This document shows positions 38,987 through 46,456 of a stretch of 64,000 bases of DNA, one piece after another. The number at the start of each line of letters is the position of its first letter. The stretch's first letter is position 1. The DNA lies in NCBI GenBank assembly GCA_964522405.1, contig CAZFTR010000002.1:8032-72031 (forward strand), in the 5' to 3' direction. A program made the translations under genes and the position numbers. The notes under the pieces were generated by a model. It had not been told where the DNA came from and did no database searches. It saw only the letters and a list, made by a program, of their open reading frames with translations. This DNA is from an uncultured Gammaproteobacteria bacterium. GTDB lineage: Bacteria; Patescibacteriota; Patescibacteriia; Magasanikbacterales; UBA922.

Positions 38987-40283
38987 ATTTTTTCATAAAA
39001 TTTTTCATGGTTTCAGAAATAAATTCTATCATCTGATCTGTAATTCCCGGATAGCAACCAATCCAAAAAGTGTCTAGCATAACTTTGTCAGTGTTTTTCA
39101 AATCACTTACAGATCTGTATTCAATATCTCGCTCTACAAAATATGGCTGTTTGGTTATGTTTCCGGCAAACAAGTATCTGGTGGCAATTTTATTTTCATT
39201 TAGATGCGCTACAATATCTTTTCTTTTGAAAGGCGCTGAATCTTTCACTGTTAAAAGAAAACCAAACCAACTTGGTTCTGATTCTTCGAGCCAAGTTGGA
39301 AGATGTAGATAGTTTTGATATTTTTCAAAGACTTGATATATTTTCTTAAAATTTTCTTTTCTTTTTTCTACAAATCCATCCAGTTTTTCAAATTGAGCCA
39401 GTCCCAATGCTGCTTGCATGTCAGTTATTTTAAGATTGTATCCAACTTCTGAATAGATATATTTATGATCATATCCTTCTGGCAGATTTCCAAGCTTCCA
39501 ACAAAATCTTTTATTGCAAGTATTGTCTTGTCCGGTTTTGCACCAGCAGTCACGACCCCAATCTCGAAATGATTTTACGATTTTGTATAATAATGAATTA
39601 TCAGTAAAAACAGCTCCACCTTCTCCCATGGTTATATGATGTGCTGGGTAAAAACTGCAGGTAGCAATATGACCAAATGTTCCAGTTTTTTTTCCATCAT
39701 ATTCTGAACCAAGAGCGTCACAATTATCTTCTATAAACCAAAGATCATTTTGATCACAAATTTCTCTAATTTCCTTGAGGTGATATGGATTACCCAAAGT
39801 GTGTGCCAGAAAAATTGCTTTTGTTTTTGGTGTAATTGCTTTTTTTATTTCATCTATCTTTGCATTGTAGGTTCCAAGATCAATATCAACAAATACTGGA
39901 ATCAAACCATATTGGATTATTGGATTTACAGTTGTGGGAAATCCGGCTGCCACACTTATAACCTCATCACCTGGTTTTAGCTGTTTTTCTTTTAGTTTTG
40001 TGGAGGTAAGAGCTGAAAAGGCAAGTAGATTTGCAGAAGAGCCTGAGTTTGTCAGAGCTGTATATTTTGTTCCAATCCATTTGCTTAATCGCTGCTCAAG
40101 TAGATCTGAAAATCTACCCTCAGTCCACCAACCATCAAGAACTGCCTCTACCATATTGTAGATCTCTTGTTCATCAAATATTTTCCCGGAAATTCTTATC
40201 GGTGATTCACCGGGTTTAAATTCTTGTTTTGGAAATTTTTGATCATGGATTTTTTTAAGTATATCTTTTAGTTCTTGGTTCAT
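38979..40283 (-). CDS. rfbH: CDP-6-deoxy-D-xylo-4-hexulose-3-dehydrase (E1, PMP-dependent, DegT family)
   Basis: Long collinear identity to Salmonella RfbH/DdhC: VISVAAGFPTTVNPIIQYGLIPVFVDID, SFYPAHHITMGEGGAVFT, FRDWGRDCWC...DNTCNKRF and YDHKYIYSEVGYNLKITDMQAA. Confidence 0.95.
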   Translation of the reverse strand: MNQELKDILKKIHDQKFPKQEFKPGESPIRISGKIFDEQEIYNMVEAVLDGWWTEGRFSDLLEQRLSKWIGTKYTALTNSGSSANLLAFSALTSTKLKEKQLKPGDEVISVAAGFPTTVNPIIQYGLIPVFVDIDLGTYNAKIDEIKKAITPKTKAIFLAHTLGNPYHLKEIREICDQNDLWFIEDNCDALGSEYDGKKTGTFGHIATCSFYPAHHITMGEGGAVFTDNSLLYKIVKSFRDWGRDCWCKTGQDNTCNKRFCWKLGNLPEGYDHKYIYSEVGYNLKITDMQAALGLAQFEKLDGFVEKRKENFKKIYQVFEKYQNYLHLPTWLEESEPSWFGFLLTVKDSAPFKRKDIVAHLNENKIATRYLFAGNITKQPYFVERDIEYRSVSDLKNTDKVMLDTFWIGCYPGITDQMIEFISETMKNFMKKYD

Positions 40284-40345
40284 ATTTTTTTATTTAATTA
40301 CTCGCTTATTTTAGCAAAAAAAAACAAGCTCGGCAATGCTTGTTG

Positions 40346-40380
40346 GCCGCCTGCCTGACTGGAATCGTCAGGCAGGCGGC
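40346..40380 (-). terminator. GC-rich terminator hairpin following the GC-rich NUDIX gene
   Basis: Perfect 14-bp stem GCCGCCTGCCTGAC with loop TGGAATC and GTCAGGCAGGCGGC. On the minus strand it is followed by a second small hairpin CAAGC-attgccga-GCTTG and T9. Confidence 0.7.
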
Positions 40381-40411
40381 TCATGCTGCTGCGTTACTTG
40401 CTCTCGACATC

Positions 40412-40897
40412 CTAGTCGATTTGGGCCAGTGCGATCACTTCGTGGTGATGCGAAACCGTGTCCATTGGCAGGTGGCGTGGGTCTACCCACCCTCCCGGCA
40501 TCTTGGGGTTCATGTCGAGTTCACCGAGAGTAACCTTGATGACCTGGCCGTAGAACCAGCCACGCTCCTCCTGATAGAAGAAGCCGGACTTGAGAGATCC
40601 GCGGCCATCGAGATCCAGGCCGAGCTCTGCTTGCCCGAGCCGGATCAAAGCCTTGTGGAAGTCCTCGCCAGATCGAAGAACCGTGCCCGGACAGTGCAGC
40701 TGTCCAGCGTACGAATCCCCACTTCGGCGGCGAGTCATCCAGACTTTTGGGTGATGCTGAACGGTTTTGACGACCACGACCTCAATGCACATTGTTGGTA
40801 CCAGCCGCGCAATGGCATTGAAGAGTTCAGGTCCGAGTGGATCTTTCGGATCGAGTTGCTTAAGGAACGCAGCAGCAGCTTCTCTCGTGTCGATCAT
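40412..40897 (-). CDS. GDP-mannose mannosyl hydrolase-like NUDIX hydrolase (Gmm/WcaH-like), GC-rich xenolog
   Basis: 161 aa from ATG 40897; the ORF-track start at 40954 is a TTG extension into AT-rich DNA. PGTVLRSGEDFHKALIRLGQAELGL closely resembles E. coli Gmm [25 protein letters not shown]. It is homologous to the adjacent native gene (ELFNAIARL, YAGQLHCPGT, ERGWFYGQVI). Roughly 60% G+C against about 30% for its neighbour. Confidence 0.8.
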   Translation of the reverse strand: MIDTREAAAAFLKQLDPKDPLGPELFNAIARLVPTMCIEVVVVKTVQHHPKVWMTRRRSGDSYAGQLHCPGTVLRSGEDFHKALIRLGQAELGLDLDGRGSLKSGFFYQEERGWFYGQVIKVTLGELDMNPKMPGGWVDPRHLPMDTVSHHHEVIALAQID

Positions 40898-40980
40898 TTG
40901 TTGACTCCTTGAGCTGCTGGATTTTAGACTAGCATAATTGTATAAAAAAATCAAGCCTACAGCCTGATTTTGTTTAGATT

Positions 40981-41484
40981 TTATTTGATCTTGTTTTTTA
41001 CTGCTGGCAAGATCCTATCTTTGTGATGTTTTACAAGTGGAACAGGTAATTTATTTATGGGCCACCACTGACCAGCTTTTGTTGGATCAGACTTTATTTC
41101 TATAGTATATATAATTGATTGAAACCAGCCACGTGCTTCATCATGAAAAAAATGCCCCACGTATTTGGGTTGGTTTTTGATAGTTGTACCCATTTCATTT
41201 TTTAAAACCCTTTTGATTGAATCTATTTCAAGTTCACCTTTTCTGATAATTGTTCCTGGGCAGTGCCATTCGCCGGCGTAGCAGTCTGAATTTGATCTTT
41301 TTGAAAGCCAGACATATGTTTGATCTTTTTCTTTTTTTAGAACAACTGCTTCAACTGTGGAGGTAGTGTATAATCTTGCTATCGCTTCAAACAATTCTTT
41401 TCCCAGATTTTCTTTTGGTTTGATTTGGTTGAGAATTTGAGCAGCTTGTTTTTGTAGATTTTCTGACATAAGATTTGTATTCAT
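40981..41484 (-). CDS. GDP-mannose mannosyl hydrolase-like NUDIX hydrolase (Gmm/WcaH-like), native AT-rich copy
   Basis: 167 aa from ATG 41484 (the ORF-track start is TTG). ELFEAIARLYT, YAGEWHCPGTIIRKGELEIDSIKRVLKNEMG, EARGWFQSIIYTIEI. Overlaps the rfbG stop by 1 nt. Confidence 0.75.
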   Translation of the reverse strand: MNTNLMSENLQKQAAQILNQIKPKENLGKELFEAIARLYTTSTVEAVVLKKEKDQTYVWLSKRSNSDCYAGEWHCPGTIIRKGELEIDSIKRVLKNEMGTTIKNQPKYVGHFFHDEARGWFQSIIYTIEIKSDPTKAGQWWPINKLPVPLVKHHKDRILPAVKNKIK

Positions 41485-42557
41485 CAATTATTACTATTAA
41501 AAAATAAATCAATTTGTTTCTTTGTGGTATTTTTTATATTTTCATCTTCATAAAAATCTCTATACCAGTCCATGGTTAGTCGGAGAGTTTCTTCCAAGTT
41601 CAGTTTTGGAGACCAGGCAAGTTTTTCTTTTGCCTTTCCAATATCAAGTCTTAGTATTCCTGCTTCATGTCTTTTTTTATCCGGAATAATTTTGTAAGAG
41701 CCTTTTTGAGAAGTGCTTATTGCTTTTTTTACCAGTTCTTCCACGCTACAACTTTCTTGATCTTCCGGGCCAAAATTCCAAGCTCCTACAATTTCTTTTT
41801 CCCCTTGAAAAAGCTTTTTAGCTAAAATCATGTATCCGTTTAGTGGTTCGAGAACATGTTGCCAGGGGCGAATAGCATTTGGATTTCTTATTATTATTTC
41901 TTGATCATCCTCATAAATAGCTTTGATAATATCAGGAATCAATCTATATTCTCCCCAGTCTCCGCCACCAATCACATTTCCAGATCTGGCTATGGCTATA
42001 AGTGCCTCGTGACCTGCATCAGGTTTTTCAGGGTTGAAAAATGATTGAATATAAGATTGGGTAGTTATGTCTGCCGCTGCCTTGCTGGCACTATAGGGAT
42101 CATAACCTCCAAGAGCATCTTCTTCCTTGTAAGCGATTTCTTGTTCCAGATTTGCATAAACTTTGTCTGTGGTAATGATAACAGCAGATTTTACAGTTTT
42201 TGAATTGCGCAAGGCTTCCAGTAAATTGGCTGTGCCGATTACATTGCTTGAGTAAGTTTCTAGTGGATTTTCATAGCTTGGTCTGACAAGTGCTTGAGCT
42301 GCCAGATGAAAAACTATTTCTGGTTGATGTTCTTGAATTAAGTCATTTAGTTTTTCAAAATTTCGAATATCAACAATAGAGTGTTTAATTTTCTTTTCTA
42401 AATCTAAAGCTTCGAACATGCTATGCTTGCCGGTCATTGGTAGAGAGATGCCAACTACATCTGCACCCCAATTTGTCAAAGTATAACTAAGCCAGGATCC
42501 CTGAAATCCGGTATGGCCGGTAATTAATATTTTTTTATCTTTGAAAAAATCTTTCAT
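41484..42557 (-). CDS. rfbG: CDP-glucose 4,6-dehydratase
   Basis: ILITGHTGFQGSWLS, IVFHLAAQALVRPSYENPLETYSSNV, GGYDPYSASKAAAD, SGNVIGGGDW and IIRNPNAIRPWQHVLEPLNGY are collinear with Salmonella RfbG/DdhB. Confidence 0.95.
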   Translation of the reverse strand: MKDFFKDKKILITGHTGFQGSWLSYTLTNWGADVVGISLPMTGKHSMFEALDLEKKIKHSIVDIRNFEKLNDLIQEHQPEIVFHLAAQALVRPSYENPLETYSSNVIGTANLLEALRNSKTVKSAVIITTDKVYANLEQEIAYKEEDALGGYDPYSASKAAADITTQSYIQSFFNPEKPDAGHEALIAIARSGNVIGGGDWGEYRLIPDIIKAIYEDDQEIIIRNPNAIRPWQHVLEPLNGYMILAKKLFQGEKEIVGAWNFGPEDQESCSVEELVKKAISTSQKGSYKIIPDKKRHEAGILRLDIGKAKEKLAWSPKLNLEETLRLTMDWYRDFYEDENIKNTTKKQIDLFFNSNN

Positions 42558-42560
42558 ATT

Positions 42561-43466
42561 CTATTCTAGGATTTTCTGCAATCCATCATCAAGTGATGTT
42601 TTTGCTTTCCAGTTGGTCTTTGTATTATTTTTTATATCAGCTACTGAATTCATGATTTCATTTTCTCGATAGGGGAGAGCGCCCCAGTTTAAATTTGATT
42701 TACTTTTGATTTCTCTTTTTAAAACCTCAACCACTTTTTTTATTGATTTTGAATGTCCACTTCCAATTTCAAATTGTCCAAAGTTTTCTAGACTGTCAAT
42801 ATTTTTTATGACGCTGGCAAAAGCTTGGGCAACATCATCAACATATATAAAATCTCTTTTTTGCTCACCAGGAGTTAGATCAATTGATTTGCCTGCTCTA
42901 AGTTTTTTAATTATAAATGGAATAAATTTATGATCATGATCATCTGGCCCATACATCTGGAATATGACCAGGTTTATCAGTTTAGTCTTACTGTCCTTGG
43001 TAACTTTTTTGGCATTTTCCAGAAATTCTTTTTTTGATTTTACATATGCAGATTCGTTTCCAGTAAATTTTATTTTTTCATTGAAAAAAGTATCAGCATT
43101 TATAAAGGCTTTTAAACCATTTTTAATTCCAAGTCCAAGTAAGTTTTTTGGTAGATCATAATTTACATGGTAAATGTCTTGGTCTGCTTCCTTGTTTCTG
43201 CCATAGCAAGTTGCTGTATGAATTATAAAATCAATATTTTCTTTTTGAAAAATTTCTGCCAAAGATCCATCTTCTATATCTATAAATTCCGGTTTGTTTT
43301 GCAAAACAAATTTATTTATTTTAGCAAGCTTTGAATTTTTACGCTTTAGGATAATTAATTTATATTGATCATCTTCCAAAAATAATTTTACAATCCTACT
43401 ACCTAAAAAACCAGTACCTCCGGTGATGAGTACTGTTTTTTTGCTATTTACTCCCATATTTTCCAT
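42561..43466 (-). CDS. NAD(P)-dependent SDR epimerase/reductase, CDP-abequose/paratose synthase-like
   Basis: VLITGGTGFLGSRIVKLF Rossmann motif and YVKSKKEF (YxxxK). Similar in size and position to RfbJ/RfbS in ddh clusters. Confidence 0.7.
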   Translation of the reverse strand: MENMGVNSKKTVLITGGTGFLGSRIVKLFLEDDQYKLIILKRKNSKLAKINKFVLQNKPEFIDIEDGSLAEIFQKENIDFIIHTATCYGRNKEADQDIYHVNYDLPKNLLGLGIKNGLKAFINADTFFNEKIKFTGNESAYVKSKKEFLENAKKVTKDSKTKLINLVIFQMYGPDDHDHKFIPFIIKKLRAGKSIDLTPGEQKRDFIYVDDVAQAFASVIKNIDSLENFGQFEIGSGHSKSIKKVVEVLKREIKSKSNLNWGALPYRENEIMNSVADIKNNTKTNWKAKTSLDDGLQKILE

Positions 43467-44218
43467 TTTGGATCTTCTAGCCAGAGTTTTTCAAGATGTT
43501 TTTTGTCACGAAGAGTATCCATTGCTTTCCAAAAGCCCTCATGTTTAAATGCTGACATTTCTCCATCTTTTGCTAGATTTATCAATGGTTCTTGCTCCCA
43601 CATAACATCCTCTTTTGGGATATAGTCAAAAACTTGCGGTTTAAGCACAAAAAAACCACCATTTATCCAAGTGTTCTTATTATCAATTTTTTCAGCGAAT
43701 TTTTCTACTTTTCCATCATCTTCTATGTCCAGTGTTCCAAAACGTCCGTCTGGTTGTACTGCTGTGACAGTTGCCAATTTTTCTTGTTTTTTATGAAATT
43801 CAACAAGTTCCGAAATGTTTATATTTGCTACACCATCCCCGTATGTAAGCATAAAATCTTCTCCGTCTACATATGATTGCACAAGTTCTAATCTTCTGGC
43901 TGTTGATGATTTATTTCCAGTTTCTACAAGAGTAACTTTCCAATCTTCTTGGTGATTTTTATGGACAGTTTTTTGATTTGTTTTCAAATCAATAGTTATG
44001 TCTGAGCTGTGAAGATAGTAATTGGCAAACCATTCTTTGATCATATAACCTTTGTATCCAAGACAGATGACAAAATCATTGAAACCATAGTGTGAATATA
44101 TTTTCATGATATGCCAGAGAATAGGCATTCCACCGATTTCTACCATTGGCTTTGGTTTTGTATATGTTTCTTCTGATAGGCGTGAACCAACACCACCTGC
44201 AAAAATTACAACTTTCAT
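43448..44218 (-). CDS. rfbF: glucose-1-phosphate cytidylyltransferase
   Basis: MKVVIFAGGVGSRLSEETYTKPKPMVEIGGMPILWHIMKIYSHYGFNDFVICLGYKGY...WEQEPL...AFKHEGFWKAMDTLRDK is collinear with Salmonella RfbF/DdhA. 19-nt overlap with the downstream SDR gene. Confidence 0.95.
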   Translation of the reverse strand: MKVVIFAGGVGSRLSEETYTKPKPMVEIGGMPILWHIMKIYSHYGFNDFVICLGYKGYMIKEWFANYYLHSSDITIDLKTNQKTVHKNHQEDWKVTLVETGNKSSTARRLELVQSYVDGEDFMLTYGDGVANINISELVEFHKKQEKLATVTAVQPDGRFGTLDIEDDGKVEKFAEKIDNKNTWINGGFFVLKPQVFDYIPKEDVMWEQEPLINLAKDGEMSAFKHEGFWKAMDTLRDKKHLEKLWLEDPKWKIWE

Positions 44219-44221
44219 ATT

Positions 44222-44923
44222 TTATTTTTTAGAAAATTTTGATTTTAAGAGATTTTTGAAAAATTCAATACAAACATTGAATCTGACATTTGATTTTCCA
44301 TGTTTTCTAGGATGAAAGTCAATGGGTAACTCAATGATTTGTTCAGGCTTAAGATTTTTAACAGCATGAATCATGATTTCTGCATCTATGAACCAATCAT
44401 CTGATTTTAGTGGAAGCATGGCTTTGAGTAGATCTTTTCTAAAGATTTTTGGACCGGAATTAATATCTTTTATTTTGCCGCCATGAATTAATTTAAATAA
44501 TACTTGGTAAATAGAGCTGATAAAGACTCGATATTGTCCATCGTATCGTTTTCTGCGATAAGTTTTTACAAACTTAATATTAGGATTTTCAAATTTATCC
44601 AGCATTTCTCTAACAATGTGAGCATCAAACTGGTTATCTCCCCATATAAATCCACAAATATCACTGTCTAATTGGTTAAGACATTGCTTTACACCATATC
44701 CGTATCCTTGGTTTACTTTAATTTTGATATGGCTGACACCATCATATTTTTCTTCTAGATTTTTTACCACCTCTGCCGTGTCATCTGTTGAGCCATTATC
44801 TATGATTATAATTTTTCCATCTATATTTGTTTTTTGCTTGAAAACATCTGCCAGAGCTTTTACTACTTCTGGCATGTTTTTTGATTCATTGTAAGAGAGA
44901 ACGCCTATTGAACAGCTGGTCAT
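44222..44923 (-). CDS. GT2 polyprenol-phosphate glycosyltransferase (DPM1/GtrB/ArnC-like)
   Basis: 233 aa. IGVLSYNESKNMPEVVKALADV...IIIDNGSTDDTAEVV with a small single-domain GT2 architecture. First gene of the ddh operon. Confidence 0.8.
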   Translation of the reverse strand: MTSCSIGVLSYNESKNMPEVVKALADVFKQKTNIDGKIIIIDNGSTDDTAEVVKNLEEKYDGVSHIKIKVNQGYGYGVKQCLNQLDSDICGFIWGDNQFDAHIVREMLDKFENPNIKFVKTYRRKRYDGQYRVFISSIYQVLFKLIHGGKIKDINSGPKIFRKDLLKAMLPLKSDDWFIDAEIMIHAVKNLKPEQIIELPIDFHPRKHGKSNVRFNVCIEFFKNLLKSKFSKK

Positions 44924-45015
44924 ATTTATTAAATTAAAGGATAATTGCTCTTATTTTAGCAATATATTGATATCTGGTCAATATATTTAAGAGCTAAGTA
45001 AATGCTTCAGGATTT

Positions 45016-45113
45016 ATGCCGTAAAGACAGATGAGACATTCCGCAGCCACCTTGCTGGTGCTGAAAGCAGAGCTGCAAGAGAGGCGAGGACGGCGAAGCT
45101 GTTTTTACGGCAT
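45016..45113. ncRNA. structured RNA candidate in divergent intergenic region (15-bp terminal helix enclosing ~68-nt G+C-enriched core)
   Basis: ATGCCGTAAAGACAG (45016-45030) pairs with CTGTTTTTACGGCAT (45099-45113) with one G.T pair. The interior has local helices CACC-TTGCT-GGTG, CTG-AAAG-CAG and GCAG-AG-CTGC and is more G+C-rich than surrounding DNA. Strand and class undetermined. Confidence 0.3.
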
Positions 45114-45247
45114 AAATCACTTCTATTTTTAATCAATCTCAAAATATAGGAACACTACTAGTAGTGAAGTGGATAAAAATTCTAAATCAAGACTACTTGA
45201 CACCTATTGACACCTTTTGCTATACTTAATTAACTTAAAATAAGCAT

Positions 45248-45493
45248 ATGCCAGAAATTAAACCCAATGAAGTTTATACTACAGAAGAGGTAGAAAAACT
45301 TCTAAAAATCAGCAAAAGTACAGTAAAACGCCTTCTTAAGAAAGGGCTTATTCGTGCCAATAAAGTTGGTGGACAATATCGTATTCTTGGACATGAGCTG
45401 TTGAAAATGCTTTCTCCGGATATAGACAAAAAAGCAACCAGAATTTATCAGAATATCAAGAAAAAAACCATTGAAAAAACTAAGAATTGGTAA
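45248..45493 (+). CDS. HTH_17 (excisionase/MerR-like) DNA-binding protein
   Basis: 81 aa. YTTEEVEKLLKISKSTVKRLLKKGLIRANKVGGQYRI. Confidence 0.7.
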   Translation: MPEIKPNEVYTTEEVEKLLKISKSTVKRLLKKGLIRANKVGGQYRILGHELLKMLSPDIDKKATRIYQNIKKKTIEKTKNW

Positions 45494-46452
45494 TTTTATT
45501 TTTTATGAAAATTTTAGTAACCGGAGGAAGTGGGTATGTTGGTTCAGTTCTTGTGCCAAAATTACTTGAGAATGGGTACCAAGTAAGGGTATTTGATAAT
45601 CTCTTGTTTGATCAGACCTCGATGTTGTCTCATTTTATAAATCCCAACTTTGAATTTATTAGGGGAGATGTACGTGATAAAGATGCTCTCGGATCAGCTG
45701 TAGATGATGTTGATTTGATAATCCATTTGGCTGCTATTGTTGGCGCTCCGGCTTGTAATGCTGATCCTAAATTGGCAGAAGAAGTAAATTATCAAGGGAC
45801 AGTAAATCTTGATTTGGTTCGTTCAGAAAATCAGCCAGTCTTATTTGCTTCAACAGGTAGTAATTACGGCGCAGTTGATGGTATATGTACAGAAGACAAT
45901 GAGCTTGAGCCATTATCTATTTATGGAATAACTAAAACCAAAGCAGAAGAGCATTTGAAAAATTCAGGAAATATGATTGGTTTTAGATTTGCTACGGCCT
46001 TTGGTATATCTCCGAGATTGCGTTTGGATCTTATGCCCAATGATTTTGCTTTTCAAGCGCTTAAATCCGGTAATATTATTGTTTATGAAAAAGATGTTAA
46101 AAGAACCTTTATCCATGTTGCAGATATGGCCAGGGCATTTTTGCATGCTATAGAAAATTATCAGATAATGAAAAATGAAATTTACAATGTCGGAGACGAG
46201 AGCCTTAATGCTACAAAAGAAGATATTGCAAACTTAGTAAAGAAAAAAATAGATTATTATCTGCATTTTGCAGAAATTGATTCTGATCCTGATAAACGAG
46301 ACTATGAGGTTAGTTATGAGAAAATTAGAAACACAGGATATAAAACTACCATTAGCCTAGAAGAGGGTATTGATGAAATGGTAAAAGCATTCAAGCTAGT
46401 TAATTTGAGCGATCCTTATAGAAATTTTAATTTTATTTCCGGAAACCGATAA
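45487..46452 (+). CDS. NAD-dependent epimerase/dehydratase (extended SDR; UDP-hexose 4-epimerase-like)
   Basis: MKILVTGGSGYVGSVLVPKLLENGYQVRVFDN and YGITKTKAEEHL (YxxxK). Confidence 0.8.
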   Translation: MVILFFMKILVTGGSGYVGSVLVPKLLENGYQVRVFDNLLFDQTSMLSHFINPNFEFIRGDVRDKDALGSAVDDVDLIIHLAAIVGAPACNADPKLAEEVNYQGTVNLDLVRSENQPVLFASTGSNYGAVDGICTEDNELEPLSIYGITKTKAEEHLKNSGNMIGFRFATAFGISPRLRLDLMPNDFAFQALKSGNIIVYEKDVKRTFIHVADMARAFLHAIENYQIMKNEIYNVGDESLNATKEDIANLVKKKIDYYLHFAEIDSDPDKRDYEVSYEKIRNTGYKTTISLEEGIDEMVKAFKLVNLSDPYRNFNFISGNR

Positions 46453-46456
46453 ATCT

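Larger units (their letters stand above)
40336..40900. other. compositional island 2 (~0.56 kb, ~60% G+C) carrying a single gene plus terminator
   Basis: The G+C switch coincides with the ATG at 40897. Upstream SD/promoter-like sequence is AT-rich and native-like. Confidence 0.75.

Noticed and set aside
40340-40912. 190-aa plus-strand ORF, and the 65-aa ORF at 40336-40533, antisense to the GC-rich NUDIX gene.
   Set aside because: GC-induced antisense ORFs. The minus-strand product has clear homology to the adjacent NUDIX protein.
40318-40956. Possible 12-13-bp direct repeats AAAAAAA(T)CAAGC flanking island 2 as target-site duplications.
   Set aside because: Imperfect and A-rich. In AT-rich intergenic DNA this could easily be chance, and there is no mobile-element machinery to support a TSD interpretation.
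45016-45113. Assignment of the structured element as SRP (4.5S) RNA.
   Set aside because: Size and end-pairing fit, but I could not locate the conserved domain-IV GNRA tetraloop and AGCAGC/CAGG symmetric-loop motifs in a compatible arrangement. Left as an unclassified candidate.
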